Below, in pieces: positions 28,473 through 32,000 of a stretch of 32,000 nt of DNA. The notes under the pieces are model-generated. The model saw nothing but the letters and a program-made list of their open reading frames with translations, was not told the origin of the DNA and did no database searches. The DNA is from Mycobacterium leprae TN (GTDB lineage Bacteria; Actinomycetota; Actinomycetes; Mycobacteriales; Mycobacteriaceae). The stretch lies in contig NC_002677.1 in the NCBI RefSeq assembly GCF_000195855.1, forward strand, positions 2,280,001-2,312,000, written 5' to 3'. The position numbers were made by a program, and so were the translations under genes. Positions within the stretch are counted from its first letter, which is position 1. The number at the start of each line of letters is the position of its first letter.

Positions 28473-29030
28473 TTAAACAGTGGCCCGACCGTTCTGGAAT
28501 CGCACCAGGATTCTGGTATCCATCAACAAACACTGGACAACATTCGTTAATTTAAATCGTGAGCCGTTGCGAGCAGGTAGGCTGGGGCCCCGGAGGCACC
28601 CAGGCTGCCCGTCAAACCTGGGAGACCTAGAGCGCCGTAGCTGGCTTGAATCTTGACTGCCGTTAGGCCCGAATCCACCCACGCCACCGCTGCCGTACAA
28701 CAACCCCCCGGCCCCACCGGACTGGTCCACACCGTTAACAGTCACCTCAGTGGGTGTGTTCAACCACATCCAGCAAGGCCTGCTAAGCGCTAGCTACCTC
28801 ATTCATGAGTTTTATAACGAAACACCGCCGGCGTCGCACTCAGCGCCTAACACCCTGGCTCGTGTACCGTAACGTTACCACGACGTTCGCCAACACTTCA
28901 TCGGCACCATCGGCTAACACACACTGGTGGTCGAGGCCAGCGACCGGTTGCTCTATGTCCGACACGCAGTACTGGTGCTGTGTTGTGGGTGTTTCATAGG
29001 TGGTGGGTGAAATGGCTGTTTTTGCGTTTT
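28473..29030 (-). pseudogene. PE_PGRS-family relic
   Basis: Reverse frames give a degraded PE domain (VLADGADEVLANVVVTLRYTSQG; compare VLAAGADEVSAAIAALFGAHGQ). Next comes the linker QALLD.WLNTPTEV (compare LLxVINAPTQA), then Gly-rich PGRS repeats VNGVDQSGGAGGLLYGSGGVGGFGPNG. Stops and frameshifts occur throughout. The position corresponds to PE_PGRS59 (Rv3595c) as I recall it. Confidence 0.5.
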
Positions 29031-29096
29031 ATGACTGGCCGATATGTTCGGTAGTCGTGGGGGGCAGCCCGGAATCCTGTTGACGTGTTTTGCTGT

Positions 29097-29634
29097 GTTG
29101 CGGGGTTTTTGTTGGTGGGTGGCTGACTGCCTGCTTTCGATGAGGCTTCGTGTGCTTTGCCGCAGTGGACACGATTAGCGCGGCGCACGTAAGCATGTCG
29201 GTGGTGGATGCTGCTTGGTCTACATGTTGATGATGCCAGGGGCTGGGCACCTGGGCTGTGCTGAAGGCGATATCGATGCAGGCGTGAGTGTGAGGATAGT
29301 TGTTAGCGCCGCGGGGTAGGGGCGTTTTAGTGTGCATGTCATGGCCTTGAGGTGTCGGCGTGGTCAATGTGGCCGCACCTGAACAGGCACGTCCCCGTGC
29401 ACGGTATAACTATTCGCACCTGATGTTATCCCTTGCACCATTTCTGCCGCTGGTATCGGTGTCGGCGGCTTGTTGACCGGCCCTCAGCCAGCAAGCAGGC
29501 ATGCCGCCGGGTGCAGCAGTATCGTGTTAGTGAACAGTGCATCGATGATCCGGCCGTCGGCGGCACATACGGCAACCTTCTAGCGCAGATCAACCACCCA
29601 CACCCCACCAGCCCACCACAACACCACCACCCAA
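29097..29634 (-). repeat. RLEP dispersed repeat, copy B (inverted relative to copy A)
   Basis: This 538 bp is the reverse complement of 20712-21241 apart from 3 substitutions and an extra 8 nt (plus strand cccaccag, about 29607-29614). It contains TGCATGTCATGGCCTTGAGG at 29333-29352 and the complement of CACCGATACCAGCGGCAGAA at 29442-29461. That gives a 129-bp span, the amplicon size I recall for the LP1/LP2 RLEP PCR. Confidence 0.9.
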
Positions 29635-29639
29635 GGCCT

Positions 29640-31502
<1,863 letters not shown>

Positions 31503-31557
31503 CTAGCCTGGCGTTCCCGACATTGGCAGCGGGCCGCAAGAGCCCCTCAATAAGGTC

Positions 31558-32000
31558 TCAGCTCGTCACCAAGACGATGACACCCGGCGGCTGGTTGGTG
31601 ATTGCAGCAATTCGCGGCTCAACAGGTGCTCCTAATTTCTGACCCACTGCGTCAGCGGTGGCGTACTCTCCCTCGGCATCCGAGTAGTACACCGTGGTGG
31701 CCGAGACGTCAGACACCACCAGGTTATCGACCTCGGTGACTTTGAAACCGGCGGTGGTGAGCTGGTCGCGAGTGCGCGCAGCGATACCCTCTTTCGAAGA
31801 GATATTGTACACGCGGACCTCCGCCTGGTTCGCCGCAGAGGTGCTGCTTGTCGAAGTGGCCGCCGGGGTGGTAGGGGTATTGGGCATGCTCGACATCGGC
31901 AACGCCGAGTAATCATCAGAGTTTCCGGATGAACCCAGAGCCTGCCACCCGAGCAGCAGGAAAATGACACCAAGAAACAACAGCACCATAACCATAGCCC
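31558..32000 (-). CDS. LytR_C-domain membrane protein (Rv0431-like), 5-prime end outside the window
   Basis: The reading frame is open to the window edge. A TM helix (VMVLLFLGVIFLLLGW) and a Ser/Thr/Pro linker precede a LytR C-terminal-type domain (VRVYNISSKEGIAARTRDQLTTAGFKVTEVDN...TTVYY...LGAPVEPRI...GVIVLVTS). It is partial, and the true start probably lies beyond 32000. Confidence 0.75.
   Translation of the reverse strand, partial: AMVMVLLFLGVIFLLLGWQALGSSGNSDDYSALPMSSMPNTPTTPAATSTSSTSAANQAEVRVYNISSKEGIAARTRDQLTTAGFKVTEVDNLVVSDVSATTVYYSDAEGEYATADAVGQKLGAPVEPRIAAITNQPPGVIVLVTS

Overview
The window reads as Mycobacterium leprae chromosome. It carries two copies of the dispersed repeat RLEP, at 20712-21241 and, inverted, at 29097-29634. 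Copy B contains exact matches to the RLEP diagnostic primers as I remember them, spaced 129 bp apart. The rest shows reductive evolution: intact housekeeping genes interleaved with frameshifted relics.

By my recollection of M. tuberculosis H37Rv gene order, there are three colinear blocks joined at the RLEP copies:
- Block 1 (1-20.7 kb): Rv0653c-to-Rv0632c-like genes in descending order. These are rplL, rplJ, an ABC1 kinase, lipG, mmaA1, mmaA2 (pseudo), mmaA3 (pseudo), mmaA4, rplA, rplK, nusG, secE, tRNA-Trp, hadC/B/A, rpmG, tRNA-Met, tRNA-Thr, a VapB-like ORF, a glyoxalase-II-like gene and echA3 (pseudo). About 3.5 kb of unassignable debris follows.
- Block 2 (21.2-29.1 kb): Rv3586-to-Rv3595c-like genes. 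These are a disA relic, a membrane protein, canB, mutY, a hydrolase, mhuD, lpqF and a PE_PGRS relic. It also holds relics of a histidine phosphatase and of cbtB-cbtA.
- Block 3 (29.6-32 kb): Rv0433-to-Rv0431-like genes. These are a GCS2 ligase relic, sodC and a LytR_C protein cut by the window edge.

I count 24 apparently intact CDS, 3 tRNAs and about 15 pseudogene relics. One CDS, the 55-aa rpmG, is below the ORF-track cutoff. Several relics were read by hand across frames.

I found no CRISPR array, prophage, transposase or intact multi-gene accessory or defence system, so I cannot support a claim of a novel functional system here. The observations most worth a second look are:
- the near-identical inverted RLEP pair bracketing a 7.9-kb block at colinearity breakpoints;
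- a decayed DGPF/YCII x2 plus ECF42-type sigma factor module between mmaA4 and rplA;
- cbtB-cbtA cobalt-transporter relics;
- a disA relic cut at an RLEP edge;
- the canB/mutY head-to-head start-codon overlap;
- 3.5 kb that I could not assign to anything.

All homology calls come from reading the translations and from memory of protein families. No database search was run, and Rv numbers are recalled, not verified.
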